A DNA stretch of 25,476 bases from a virus (lineage: Duplodnaviria; Caudoviricetes). The DNA lies in the IMG/VR virus record IMGVR_UViG_3300047561_000181, positions 1-25,476 of that record. The stretch is one strand, 5' to 3'. This document shows positions 1-7,182 of the stretch, piece after piece. Position numbers and translations under genes: made by a program. Position 1 is the stretch's first letter. Every line of letters begins with the position of its first letter. Below the pieces are notes generated by a model, which saw only the letters and a list, made by a program, of their open reading frames with translations, was not told where the DNA came from and searched no databases.

Positions 1-166
1 ATGAGAACGTGCTTAGTACGTGCAATCTATCCTGTATCCATTTCGGCAATGCTTCTAATGATTCATATATACCTTCCTGTACGGGTTCCATGTCAAGGGC
101 ATAGTTAAGGGACTCCACGTGGGGCCGTCCCTTGTCATCAAATTCAACTCGATACGTTATTGTCAT
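1..166 (-). CDS. Hypothetical phage protein, partial (runs off left edge)
   Basis: Not in ORF track. ATG at 166 overlaps the TGA of the upstream gene (ATGA). Manual translation is open for 55 codons: MTITYRVEFDDKGRPHVESLNYALDMEPVQEGIYESLEALPKWIQDRLHVLSTFS. Confidence 0.75.
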   Translation of the reverse strand, partial: MTITYRVEFDDKGRPHVESLNYALDMEPVQEGIYESLEALPKWIQDRLHVLSTFS

Positions 167-1233
167 CTGGTTATGTCACTCTCTACTTCCTCAATATAAA
201 ACACGTTAGTAGCAACCTTGTACCCAATGTTCGGCACGTACTGGTTAATACTAAACGTCTCAGCCACAGCCAGCTTGCCAATCAACCACTGACGATCCGC
301 TATATCTGAGTCGTTGTACCACGAATCGACCGTTACCTTTGCATCGGTCCACATTTTAATCGGCATTCTCCACTCGCCTTCAAGATCAACGTGACGAACA
401 CGTGCCGTGCGATACACAACACCGTGCTCTCTTACTTGGACGTACACACACCACGTTACCTTACAACGATTTGATTCATTCTCGTAATCTTTTTTGTGGT
501 CTTCTAGCGTTCTGAGGTTATTGTGAAACTCCACGTCCTTCTCATTGCGGTCGGCCCGTCCCTGTGCATACGCATCCAATGCTGGCAGTACCTCGGGCAA
601 TAGCTTCTCAGTGATGCGACGCAAACTCTCGTTACCTACCCCGCTTAGGTCAGAGCCAAACAATAACTTGACACGTGCTTGCCTCACCCTACCATCCGCA
701 TCATCAATGTTGCGTCCTTGAAATCTGCCTACGTCTTCCCTGAATTGTCTGGCAATCTCTAAGGCATTGTGCGGTTGCAACCATGCGTTTGCATTGTGTA
801 CTGCTACGTCTAGCTTCTCCGTTGCAACCATCAGATGTTGGGCTTTGTCGTCAGAGAATTTCTTGTTTTCGATGCGACGTGACACGATGGTGTAGCGCAG
901 TCGCCCATCATCCTTTACTGATCCCCAAGTACCAAACCCGATGACGCCACGTGGGAACGCTTCGTTCTCGTAGTACACATACACGTACTCGTAGGGCGTG
1001 TTGGGCTTATTAAAGAACGGAATAAACTTAGCTTTTCTAGACTGCGCCTTGAATGCACGTACGAACTCAGCGGTACGCTTACTCGCGTTGAATGTACCAA
1101 GCTCGGTCGTTATCCAATTGCCATCCATTGGCAACGCAGGTGTAGCGGCAAAATAGTTTTTAGCAAGTCGCTCCAACGATTCCACTGTTTCCCACAACGC
1201 GGCCTCTAGATATTGTTTGCCTTCATTACTCAT
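163..1233 (-). CDS. Hypothetical phage early protein, 356 aa
   Basis: Long ORF; SD TTGGAG 7 nt before ATG; co-oriented with neighbours. Confidence 0.85.
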   Translation of the reverse strand: MSNEGKQYLEAALWETVESLERLAKNYFAATPALPMDGNWITTELGTFNASKRTAEFVRAFKAQSRKAKFIPFFNKPNTPYEYVYVYYENEAFPRGVIGFGTWGSVKDDGRLRYTIVSRRIENKKFSDDKAQHLMVATEKLDVAVHNANAWLQPHNALEIARQFREDVGRFQGRNIDDADGRVRQARVKLLFGSDLSGVGNESLRRITEKLLPEVLPALDAYAQGRADRNEKDVEFHNNLRTLEDHKKDYENESNRCKVTWCVYVQVREHGVVYRTARVRHVDLEGEWRMPIKMWTDAKVTVDSWYNDSDIADRQWLIGKLAVAETFSINQYVPNIGYKVATNVFYIEEVESDITR

Positions 1234-1250
1234 GTCATTACTCCAAGGTT

Positions 1251-1267
1251 GTTAGGGAGTCCCTAAC
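1251..1267. promoter_or_regulatory. Variant copy of the intergenic hairpin element (GTTAGGG-AGT-CCCTAAC)
   Basis: 7-bp inverted repeat followed on the minus strand by AACCTTGGAG; same 19-nt offset to ATG as the copies at 4932 and 5412. Confidence 0.65.
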
Positions 1268-1277
1268 ATATATTTAA

Positions 1278-1460
1278 TTACAACGTGACGGGTTCAGTCT
1301 GCTCGACCTCGATGACATAACCCAATCGTTTAATCAGGTCGATGGTCATCGAAGTTAATGTTGAGTGCCCCGCAATACGGGCAAACAACTTAGCATCATC
1401 ACACACGGGATATACGGTACGGTTACCGTATATATTTTTTACTTTGACTACTATCTTCAT
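1278..1460 (-). CDS. Small hypothetical phage protein, 60 aa ([20 protein letters not shown]...)
   Basis: ATG at 1460 directly follows the vWA gene stop, with GGAGG SD; preferred over the track's longer overlapping start. Confidence 0.8.
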   Translation of the reverse strand: MKIVVKVKNIYGNRTVYPVCDDAKLFARIAGHSTLTSMTIDLIKRLGYVIEVEQTEPVTL

Positions 1461-1461
1461 C

Positions 1462-2748
1462 TCACACCTCCACATGTACGGTGCGGCCCACGGTGGGACA
1501 CGCACTCGGGTTATCTGCAATCGCCCACACCACGGGGCAGGGCCACGTACCCCATCCGGCATACAAGTCACCGTCAGTCAGCACGATGGCAACCTCGGGC
1601 TTGATACCAAACTGTTGCATGTACTGTGTTACGCAGTTCACATCCGTACCCCCGCCACCCTTGGGCTTAGTACACTTGACGATATCCTGCACGTCGCTAC
1701 CCTTGTAGATCTCCTCGCTACATACACTCGTGTCCCAATAGATGACACGTACTGCTTCTGGCTTGATAGCTGTTGCGATCTTCGCTACTTCCCCCAGAAA
1801 GACAGCCACCAAGGAATCTCCGATACTGCCTGACATGTCGATTGCAATGACCATCTCCTTGATGGTCTGACTGTACGTGCTAGGCAAGTACACATCCTCC
1901 ATCACACCACCGACCTCGACTTGCTGACCCATGAACCTACGGTTGGGACGTGCCCACGTCTGATACTCTGTGCCCGGACACATAGCTGTAAGGATCTCGC
2001 GTAGCTCGTCCTCCCATCGAACCTTGCTCTGCAAGATGTCCTTGATCACACGACTACCGCCCGTGCCATTCTTGCTAGCCATAAGCTCAGTCTCACGCAA
2101 CGCGGTGTCGATCTCTTGGGCAAGCTCCTCTTGCTCCTGCTTGCTTAGTTCTTGGGCACCTTCCCAGTCGTGCTCGTCGAACCCTTGTTGCTTGTCTTTT
2201 TGCTTGGACTTGCTTGGTTGTCCCTCGCCATCCATGCCTTGCTCGCCATCGCTTGGCTCGCTCTCACCTTGTTCAGTATCGGACCCGCCCTCTTCATCTT
2301 CTTGCTCCTGCTCTTTACGTAGTAACTTATAGATCTGCTTGCTGTTCATGCCCGCAAATCGCTCATCTAACATGCCGCCCTTGGGCATCACGATCCACCC
2401 GTCTCCGCCATAGTCGTTGGTCAACCACAGATTAAGATAGTAATCGCAAGCCCTGTTCGCACAGTCAGGGTCTTGCTCGTGCAGTTCGCTCCACGTGGTT
2501 AGGTGTTGCAACATCTTGTGCCCAACCTCGTGCATAATCAAAAAGCGAAGCTCGGCGTCAGATAAAGACTTGACGAACGCACGGCCATACCACTCGTCCC
2601 GTCCATTGGTGCGTGCAGTCGGGCAGTCCTCGACTACCTCCTTAGTACCTATCTGCAAGACACCACGAAACTCGGGTGCATGGGCGAGGATGTCACCGCA
2701 CGCCTTCTTGACGCGCTGCTCCTCAGTTAGTTTAGCGAAGATACTCAT
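1462..2748 (-). CDS. Putative metallopeptidase (HExxH) plus C-terminal vWA-like domain (DUF2201-type architecture)
   Basis: ARTNG...LIMHEVGH...NRACD N-terminal motifs; acidic linker; MIDAS motif IDMSGS, GGGGTD and LTDG. Confidence 0.88.
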   Translation of the reverse strand: MSIFAKLTEEQRVKKACGDILAHAPEFRGVLQIGTKEVVEDCPTARTNGRDEWYGRAFVKSLSDAELRFLIMHEVGHKMLQHLTTWSELHEQDPDCANRACDYYLNLWLTNDYGGDGWIVMPKGGMLDERFAGMNSKQIYKLLRKEQEQEDEEGGSDTEQGESEPSDGEQGMDGEGQPSKSKQKDKQQGFDEHDWEGAQELSKQEQEELAQEIDTALRETELMASKNGTGGSRVIKDILQSKVRWEDELREILTAMCPGTEYQTWARPNRRFMGQQVEVGGVMEDVYLPSTYSQTIKEMVIAIDMSGSIGDSLVAVFLGEVAKIATAIKPEAVRVIYWDTSVCSEEIYKGSDVQDIVKCTKPKGGGGTDVNCVTQYMQQFGIKPEVAIVLTDGDLYAGWGTWPCPVVWAIADNPSACPTVGRTVHVEV

Positions 2749-2794
2749 GTGTTTTCCTTATGTCCTTGGTATTGTTTAGTTTAGTCGGGTTTAC

Positions 2795-3901
2795 TTACTG
2801 ATCCTTACGGAGCATGTAAGCATTCTTCATGGCCCATGCCGTGTATCCGGGTGAAGTTACTACCACTTGCTGACGCTTTTCATCGTACGTCTTAGCCGTC
2901 GCGCCCTTGCCGAACAGAGCCTGCTCCTCCTCGGGTAGGCGTCCAAGGTATTGCATCCAAGGATCAATGAACTCACGGTCAACCATGCCCAACACTTTCG
3001 TGATGATCATGCACCGCACTGCCGCGCTAGTCGGAACCTTGGCAGACATTGGATCTGCCTTGATACTCGCAACGCTTGGCATCTGCTTACTCATCTTGTA
3101 CCAGATCAACAAGTCAGCGGCAGAGTCGGGGCCAATCGTGCCAGTGAGTGCGGCAATCAAAGTCTGATCATCAATCAGGTCGGGATTGTTCTCGGCCTCG
3201 GTCAGGATGTCGCTTGCGGCGTGGATACTACGACCAGTGCAGAACGACTCGCGTTGTTGCTTGGGGTGAAAGATATGCGGGTTGTCCTTTGGATCTTTCA
3301 CGTCATCGAAGTCGGCAAACACTTGGGGCGTCTCGACCACCCACTTGGTAACGGCAGGGTGAATACCCGCATTGATTGCGAAGTTCTCGACCCACTCGTC
3401 TGCCGTACTCGTGCGGGTTTCGATGATCACGATACGGTTACGTGCATGGGCGGGGATCAAGTCACCGAGTCCCTCTGCTGCTTTGTTAGTAGTAGCAAAG
3501 ACCAGCGAGTCCGCATGGAGAGCAATACCGCCGGGGCCAACACGCTCAAGCATCAGGCGAAGCATCGCCTTCAGTACACCCGGGTCGGCCTTGCCCAACT
3601 CGTCGATCATGAGGATGATCGGCTTGCCCAGATGCAGACCAAGCTCCTCGTGAGGTACGAACGTGACGTACCCCTGTGAATCAATGCTTGCCATCCTAGG
3701 CATAGACAGATCGCCCGGGACTTTCGTGGTGCAGTCGAAGTAGATTGTTGAATGAGTGGGGTAACGCTTGCCCAGCATCTTGAGAGTTGAGGACTTGCCC
3801 GAACCCATCGGGCCACGCAACAGAACGGTGCGCTTTTTGCCCATTGCGGCAATGAAGTTAGATGCTTGAACGAGTGAGAGCTTGTTAGCAAAAGTATTCA
3901 T
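2795..3901 (-). CDS. MoxR-like AAA+ ATPase
   Basis: Walker A GPMGSGKS, Walker B ILMIDE, sensor ATTN, ARNR arginine finger; adjacent to the vWA gene. Start placed at ATG 3901 after TTGGAA. Confidence 0.88.
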   Translation of the reverse strand: MNTFANKLSLVQASNFIAAMGKKRTVLLRGPMGSGKSSTLKMLGKRYPTHSTIYFDCTTKVPGDLSMPRMASIDSQGYVTFVPHEELGLHLGKPIILMIDELGKADPGVLKAMLRLMLERVGPGGIALHADSLVFATTNKAAEGLGDLIPAHARNRIVIIETRTSTADEWVENFAINAGIHPAVTKWVVETPQVFADFDDVKDPKDNPHIFHPKQQRESFCTGRSIHAASDILTEAENNPDLIDDQTLIAALTGTIGPDSAADLLIWYKMSKQMPSVASIKADPMSAKVPTSAAVRCMIITKVLGMVDREFIDPWMQYLGRLPEEEQALFGKGATAKTYDEKRQQVVVTSPGYTAWAMKNAYMLRKDQ

Positions 3902-3956
3902 GTCTGATAATTCCAAGGTAAAAAATAAATATAAGTAGTGAGAGATCGGTAGAGAT

Positions 3957-3984
3957 AGTTAGTTCGGGGTATCCCGAACTAACT
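3957..3984. repeat. Palindromic element copy 1 (28 bp, 1 mismatch)
   Basis: AGTTAGTTCGGGGTATCCCGAACTAACT, intergenic. Confidence 0.95.
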
Positions 3985-3992
3985 CGGTGCAA

Positions 3993-4913
3993 TCAATTAA
4001 AGTCGATGCTCGGCAGGTCACGGATCAGGGCGTCCACCCCACGCTTCACATCGTCCCGCACAAGCGGGTCGTGCTTCAACGCATCCACGGACACGCCGTC
4101 GAGCATGTCCTCGATCTTGCGACGCATCGATGCGATCTGCGAGTCCTCGCCTAAGCCGAACGCATCTGCCATAGGCAGGATGTCGAGCACGTTGCTCAGG
4201 ATGTTGGCGTGCATACGCTTGCCGTTAGACTTCTCGCCCTCGGGTGCAGGGACTAGCTTGGATGAGATGTTAGACAGAGCACTGATTAACCGATCCTTGT
4301 AGTCGCCTACCATCCCGGTGAGGATAGTCTGATAGTGCTGCTTGTAACGCTCACGCTGCTCGACCAACGCTTGGTTGGTGATATCAACCCGCCAGTCCCC
4401 TGCCTCGGGGATGTTAGATGTACGGATCTCAATGCCAAACTTGCGTTTCATCTCGTCCAAGGTGAAATAGTCTGCCGCGTTATACATGTTGCCGAGCTTG
4501 AGCGGTGCTTGTGACATCTCCCATGCATACACGTCATAGAACGCTTCGCTCAGGCGCTCGTGCTCCTTGATCTCCGCATCCATCTCGTCCATGTAGTTCT
4601 GCAAGCGAGATACAGGCAAGCAACGAAGCTCACCCATCCAGTCGAAGGTGAGTTGGTAATGCTTGAGCCGTGCCTTGGCGATGTGCTTCTTGATTGCATC
4701 CAACTCGTTGCAGTTGGGGAGCAACTTCTTATTCACTACTGCCGAACCCGTTTCGGCATTGTTCGTCTGCGTGACCTCGGCAGTGGCTTGCCGGTCCTTG
4801 ACCGTGCCTTGCCAGTAGCTAGCCTTAAACATGACTAACATGGCAGAGGTAGCGATTGAGATATCCCGAACAGCGGCGGGGGCGGTGATGGTCATATTCA
4901 TGTAAGCAGTCAT
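3993..4913 (-). CDS. Conserved hypothetical phage protein (possibly DUF3150-like), 306 aa
   Basis: ATG 4913 follows TTGGAG SD; the track's 5003 start would run through the promoter and palindrome. Family is from recollection only. Confidence 0.8.
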   Translation of the reverse strand: MTAYMNMTITAPAAVRDISIATSAMLVMFKASYWQGTVKDRQATAEVTQTNNAETGSAVVNKKLLPNCNELDAIKKHIAKARLKHYQLTFDWMGELRCLPVSRLQNYMDEMDAEIKEHERLSEAFYDVYAWEMSQAPLKLGNMYNAADYFTLDEMKRKFGIEIRTSNIPEAGDWRVDITNQALVEQRERYKQHYQTILTGMVGDYKDRLISALSNISSKLVPAPEGEKSNGKRMHANILSNVLDILPMADAFGLGEDSQIASMRRKIEDMLDGVSVDALKHDPLVRDDVKRGVDALIRDLPSIDFN

Positions 4914-4931
4914 TTCAAGCTCCAAGGTTAC

Positions 4932-4947
4932 TTCGGGGTATCCCGAA
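4932..4947. repeat. Palindromic element copy 2
   Basis: TTCGGGGTATCCCGAA, between promoter and SD. Confidence 0.95.
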
Positions 4948-4994
4948 TTAAGTTTCTCTAGGATGGGTCGGCTAAGTCGCTTTCCCATCCTCGT

Positions 4995-5022
4995 ATTATA
5001 CACGATCTATCACAAAAGTCAA
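4995..5022 (-). promoter_or_regulatory. sigma70-type promoter TTGACT-N16-TATAAT
   Basis: Near-consensus hexamers; flanks shared with the promoter at 5476-5504. Confidence 0.8.
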
Positions 5023-5028
5023 GCGTTT

Positions 5029-5154
5029 TTAGCGAACCGTTAAGAACAGGCACTTACCGATATCGCACCCGCCAAGCAATCCCTCGATGAAGAGGACACC
5101 AAGCAGGGCAACAAGCAGGTAGGAACCAAGCACGAGGGCGATGGGCTTCCACAT
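5029..5154 (-). CDS. Small membrane protein, 41 aa
   Basis: MWKPIALVLGSYLLVALLGVLFIEGLLGGCDIGKCLFLTVR; one hydrophobic stretch; ATG 2 nt after the upstream stop. Confidence 0.65.
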   Translation of the reverse strand: MWKPIALVLGSYLLVALLGVLFIEGLLGGCDIGKCLFLTVR

Positions 5155-5156
5155 AA

Positions 5157-5393
5157 TTAAATACTCGGGATGAACTTGGGGTTGAGTTGCTTGAGCAGGG
5201 CAGGGTCCCTGATAAGTATGTAGTTTGACTTCGCCATCGGTGCGACCGTGAAGTTCACGGCGCGAGCGAGTTCCTCGCCGCAATCGAGGCAGGTGCGATA
5301 CCCAATCGCCCGACGCTTAGGACTGAAGTTCTCACTGCACACAGTGCAGATTGGCTTGATCTTGAACTCGGTGTTCTTTACTGCATTCTTCAT
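5157..5393 (-). CDS. C4 zinc-finger protein (DksA/TraR-like finger), 78 aa
   Basis: CTVC-x15-CLDC with RR..G...C pattern; ATG 5393 after TTGGAG. Confidence 0.78.
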   Translation of the reverse strand: MKNAVKNTEFKIKPICTVCSENFSPKRRAIGYRTCLDCGEELARAVNFTVAPMAKSNYILIRDPALLKQLNPKFIPSI

Positions 5394-5411
5394 CTCAGAC
5401 TCCAAAGTTGC

Positions 5412-5427
5412 TTCGGGGTACCCCGAA
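5412..5427. repeat. Palindromic element copy 3
   Basis: TTCGGGGTACCCCGAA, between promoter and SD. Confidence 0.95.
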
Positions 5428-5475
5428 TTAAGTTAGTACCAAACATGGTCAAGCTGGACGCTCTCCCATTCTCGT

Positions 5476-5504
5476 ATTATAGCACACCTAACGTCATTTG
5501 TCAA
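5476..5504 (-). promoter_or_regulatory. Perfect consensus sigma70 promoter TTGACA-N17-TATAAT with extended -10 TG
   Basis: Minus strand reads TTGACA aatgacgttaggtgTGc TATAAT. Confidence 0.9.
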
Positions 5505-5520
5505 GCGTTTTGTGAGGTTC

Positions 5521-5584
5521 TGTTTGGTTTGGTGGTAGCTATGTGGTGTGGGTGTTTGGTTTGGTGGTAGCTATGTGGTGTGGG
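5521..5584. repeat. Perfect tandem repeat, 2 x 32 bp
   Basis: TGTTTGGTTTGGTGGTAGCTATGTGGTGTGGG at 5521-5552 and 5553-5584. Confidence 0.95.
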
Positions 5585-5992
5585 AGTGACATCGGACGAT
5601 GACGTAGGAAGAGAAGTGTAGTTTGGCGCTTTGGGGTGGTGTAGAAATATACTGTACCAAACTGTTCTTTTGGGGGGGCTTGCAAGTGCTTGAAAATAAA
5701 CGACTGTTCGCCGCGAGTGAAAGTTCGAAAAAGAGGAGGTCGATCTTTTGGCGGGGGGTTAGGCATGGAGAAAGCGAACACTCGCGGGGGTGGGGGCAAG
5801 GCGTCCCGTTGGGAAAAGTATGGTCACCTCAAACCGAACTTTTAGAACAATATAGTTTAGTTTAGTTTCTTATGTATTTATACTCCAAAAATGGCTGATT
5901 TTCTGTCATTCCCACACCACCTCTGTGCTGTATTTGTCACGAAACATATTGTTCCTGATGTGTTCGTTTTTGCCTTTTGAAAACCGAACAGT

Positions 5993-6169
5993 ATGGGCGA
6001 CCCGCTGCTCTCGTAACTGGTTTCTCAAAGTTGCTTCGGGGTACCCCGAACTAACTTTTTACAGAACAGCATTCCACTACCACCCCCAGTGTCAGAAACC
6101 AAACATCCACACCACATAGCCGATACGAAACCACACATGGGCGGCACGCTGCTGAAGTAACTGGTTTCT
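5993..6169. repeat. Imperfect 33-bp direct repeat pair
   Basis: ATGGGCGnCnCGCTGCTnnnGTAACTGGTTTCT at 5993-6025 and 6137-6169 (28/33 identical). Confidence 0.85.
6035..6050. repeat. Palindromic element copy 4
   Basis: TTCGGGGTACCCCGAA followed by CTAACT. Confidence 0.95.
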
Positions 6170-6225
6170 TTTTACTATTTCCTTATTAGGTATTTTTCTG
6201 TGGGGAAAGTAGGTCAGAAAGTTAG

Positions 6226-6241
6226 TTCGGGGTACCCCGAA
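6226..6241. repeat. Palindromic element copy 5
   Basis: AGTTAG-TTCGGGGTACCCCGAA-GTAAGT; flank asymmetry reversed relative to copies 4 and 7. Confidence 0.95.
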
Positions 6242-6288
6242 GTAAGTATGCCTAGCCGATGCGGTATGCCTAGCCAAAAAGCTGGACG

Positions 6289-6315
6289 AAAAAAAACCCG
6301 GGACAAAGCCCGGGT
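6289..6315 (-). terminator. Intrinsic terminator (downstream member of tandem pair)
   Basis: Minus strand ACCCGGG-CTTTGT-CCCGGG then T8. Confidence 0.85.
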
Positions 6316-6329
6316 CGAAAATTTGGACG

Positions 6330-6360
6330 AAAAAAAACCCCGAACCGTTTGGTCCGGGGT
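6330..6360 (-). terminator. Intrinsic terminator (upstream member of tandem pair)
   Basis: Minus strand ACCCCGGACC-AAAC-GGTTCGGGG then T8; the G-U pair works only on the minus strand. Confidence 0.85.
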
Positions 6361-6364
6361 ACAA

Positions 6365-6392
6365 AGTTAGTTCGGGGTACCCCGAACTAACT
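6365..6392. repeat. Palindromic element copy 6 (perfect 28-bp palindrome)
   Basis: AGTTAGTTCGGGGTACCCCGAACTAACT, 3 nt after the stop of the 244-aa gene. Confidence 0.97.
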
Positions 6393-6395
6393 ATC

Positions 6396-7130
6396 TTACT
6401 TAGCCTTAGCCTTAGCACGTGCCTTAGCACGCTCAGGGACCGGAGCTAACTTAGCCTCGCAATCCTTGCGACACTGAGCGACAATGCCAGCCAATGGAAC
6501 AAACTTGCTATCGGTAGCACCTTTGAATTTTTTCTCCCACGATGCCATGGCCGCAATGAATTGTTGCTCCCACTTAGCCTCGTCAGCGGCTTTAGCCTCA
6601 GCCGCGATCTGATCCTCAGACTTGCCAGCGGCAATACCGGCCTGACGTAAGGCTTCAGCGGTAGCCGCACCTTCGCGAGCGATCAACGCGGCCTGATAGT
6701 ACTTGATCCGCTCCCCGACTGCTCTGTGCTCTTTCGAGCGAAAGTCTTGCAATTGCGAATCAGCGTGCTTCGCGACTGGCTTTTTACCAGTAAAGAAAAT
6801 CGAGGGGTTAGCCTTGCGGACCGTATCGAAAAGGTTCGCGATAGTCTCAGCCTTACGGTCCCCAACCAAGTGGAACAAAGCCGCGACTGAGCGAGGATCA
6901 GACTTCGTTACCCCAGCACGCAAGACACGAGCATTCACCAATGCAGTGTGCATGTTGTGGTACGAACTCCCCATGACTTCCCCGGCTTTCGGCTTGTCGA
7001 GATCCTGAGATGACCAACCCTCAGCGACAAGGGTATCGATCACACTCAGAGCGGACGTCTCAGCCTTAGCCGCGTCGATTTCAGCGGATGACAAGAGTTT
7101 GAAAAGAACGGTATTTACGATCAGTGCCAT
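6396..7130 (-). CDS. Hypothetical Ala/Lys-rich protein, 244 aa, basic C-terminal tail
   Basis: GGAG SD before ATG; ends ERAKARAKAKAK; followed by terminators. Confidence 0.8.
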   Translation of the reverse strand: MALIVNTVLFKLLSSAEIDAAKAETSALSVIDTLVAEGWSSQDLDKPKAGEVMGSSYHNMHTALVNARVLRAGVTKSDPRSVAALFHLVGDRKAETIANLFDTVRKANPSIFFTGKKPVAKHADSQLQDFRSKEHRAVGERIKYYQAALIAREGAATAEALRQAGIAAGKSEDQIAAEAKAADEAKWEQQFIAAMASWEKKFKGATDSKFVPLAGIVAQCRKDCEAKLAPVPERAKARAKAKAK

Positions 7131-7154
7131 GTTGGATTCTCCGATTGGCAGTTG

Positions 7155-7182
7155 AGTTACTTCGGGGTACCCCGAACTAACT
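7155..7182. repeat. Palindromic element copy 7 (28 bp, 1 mismatch)
   Basis: AGTTACTTCGGGGTACCCCGAACTAACT upstream of the 244-aa gene. Confidence 0.95.

Noticed and set aside
107-133. AAGGGAC/GTCCCTT inverted repeat
   Set aside because: Lies inside a coding frame, has a large loop and no T-tract; does not match the palindrome family context.
2951-3679. 242-aa plus-strand ORF and other antisense or alternate-frame ORFs across the window
   Set aside because: Shadows of well-supported genes, with no motifs of their own.
4914-5003. N-terminal extensions in the ORF track (also 3902-3916, 5394-5405, 1461-1571)
   Set aside because: They cover promoter, palindrome or SD sequence or overlap another gene; downstream ATGs have well-spaced SDs.
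5951-5965. GTTC-N7-GTTC resembling an alphaproteobacterial LexA box
   Set aside because: Single copy in a GTTC-rich region, not overlapping an identified promoter; likely chance.
5539-6430. ORFs 5539-5799, 5623-5865, 5925-6119 and 6092-6430
   Set aside because: No clear SD; they run through repeats, palindromes and terminators; low-complexity translations.
3957-7182. CRISPR array interpretation of the 28-bp palindromic repeats
   Set aside because: Spacing is irregular (145-970 bp), intervals contain whole genes, and there are no cas genes.
3957-7182. Integron attC or dif sites
   Set aside because: The ends read GTT...AAC, opposite to the attC RYYYAAC...GTTRRRY layout; too short and too perfect; no resemblance to dif; no integrase in the window.
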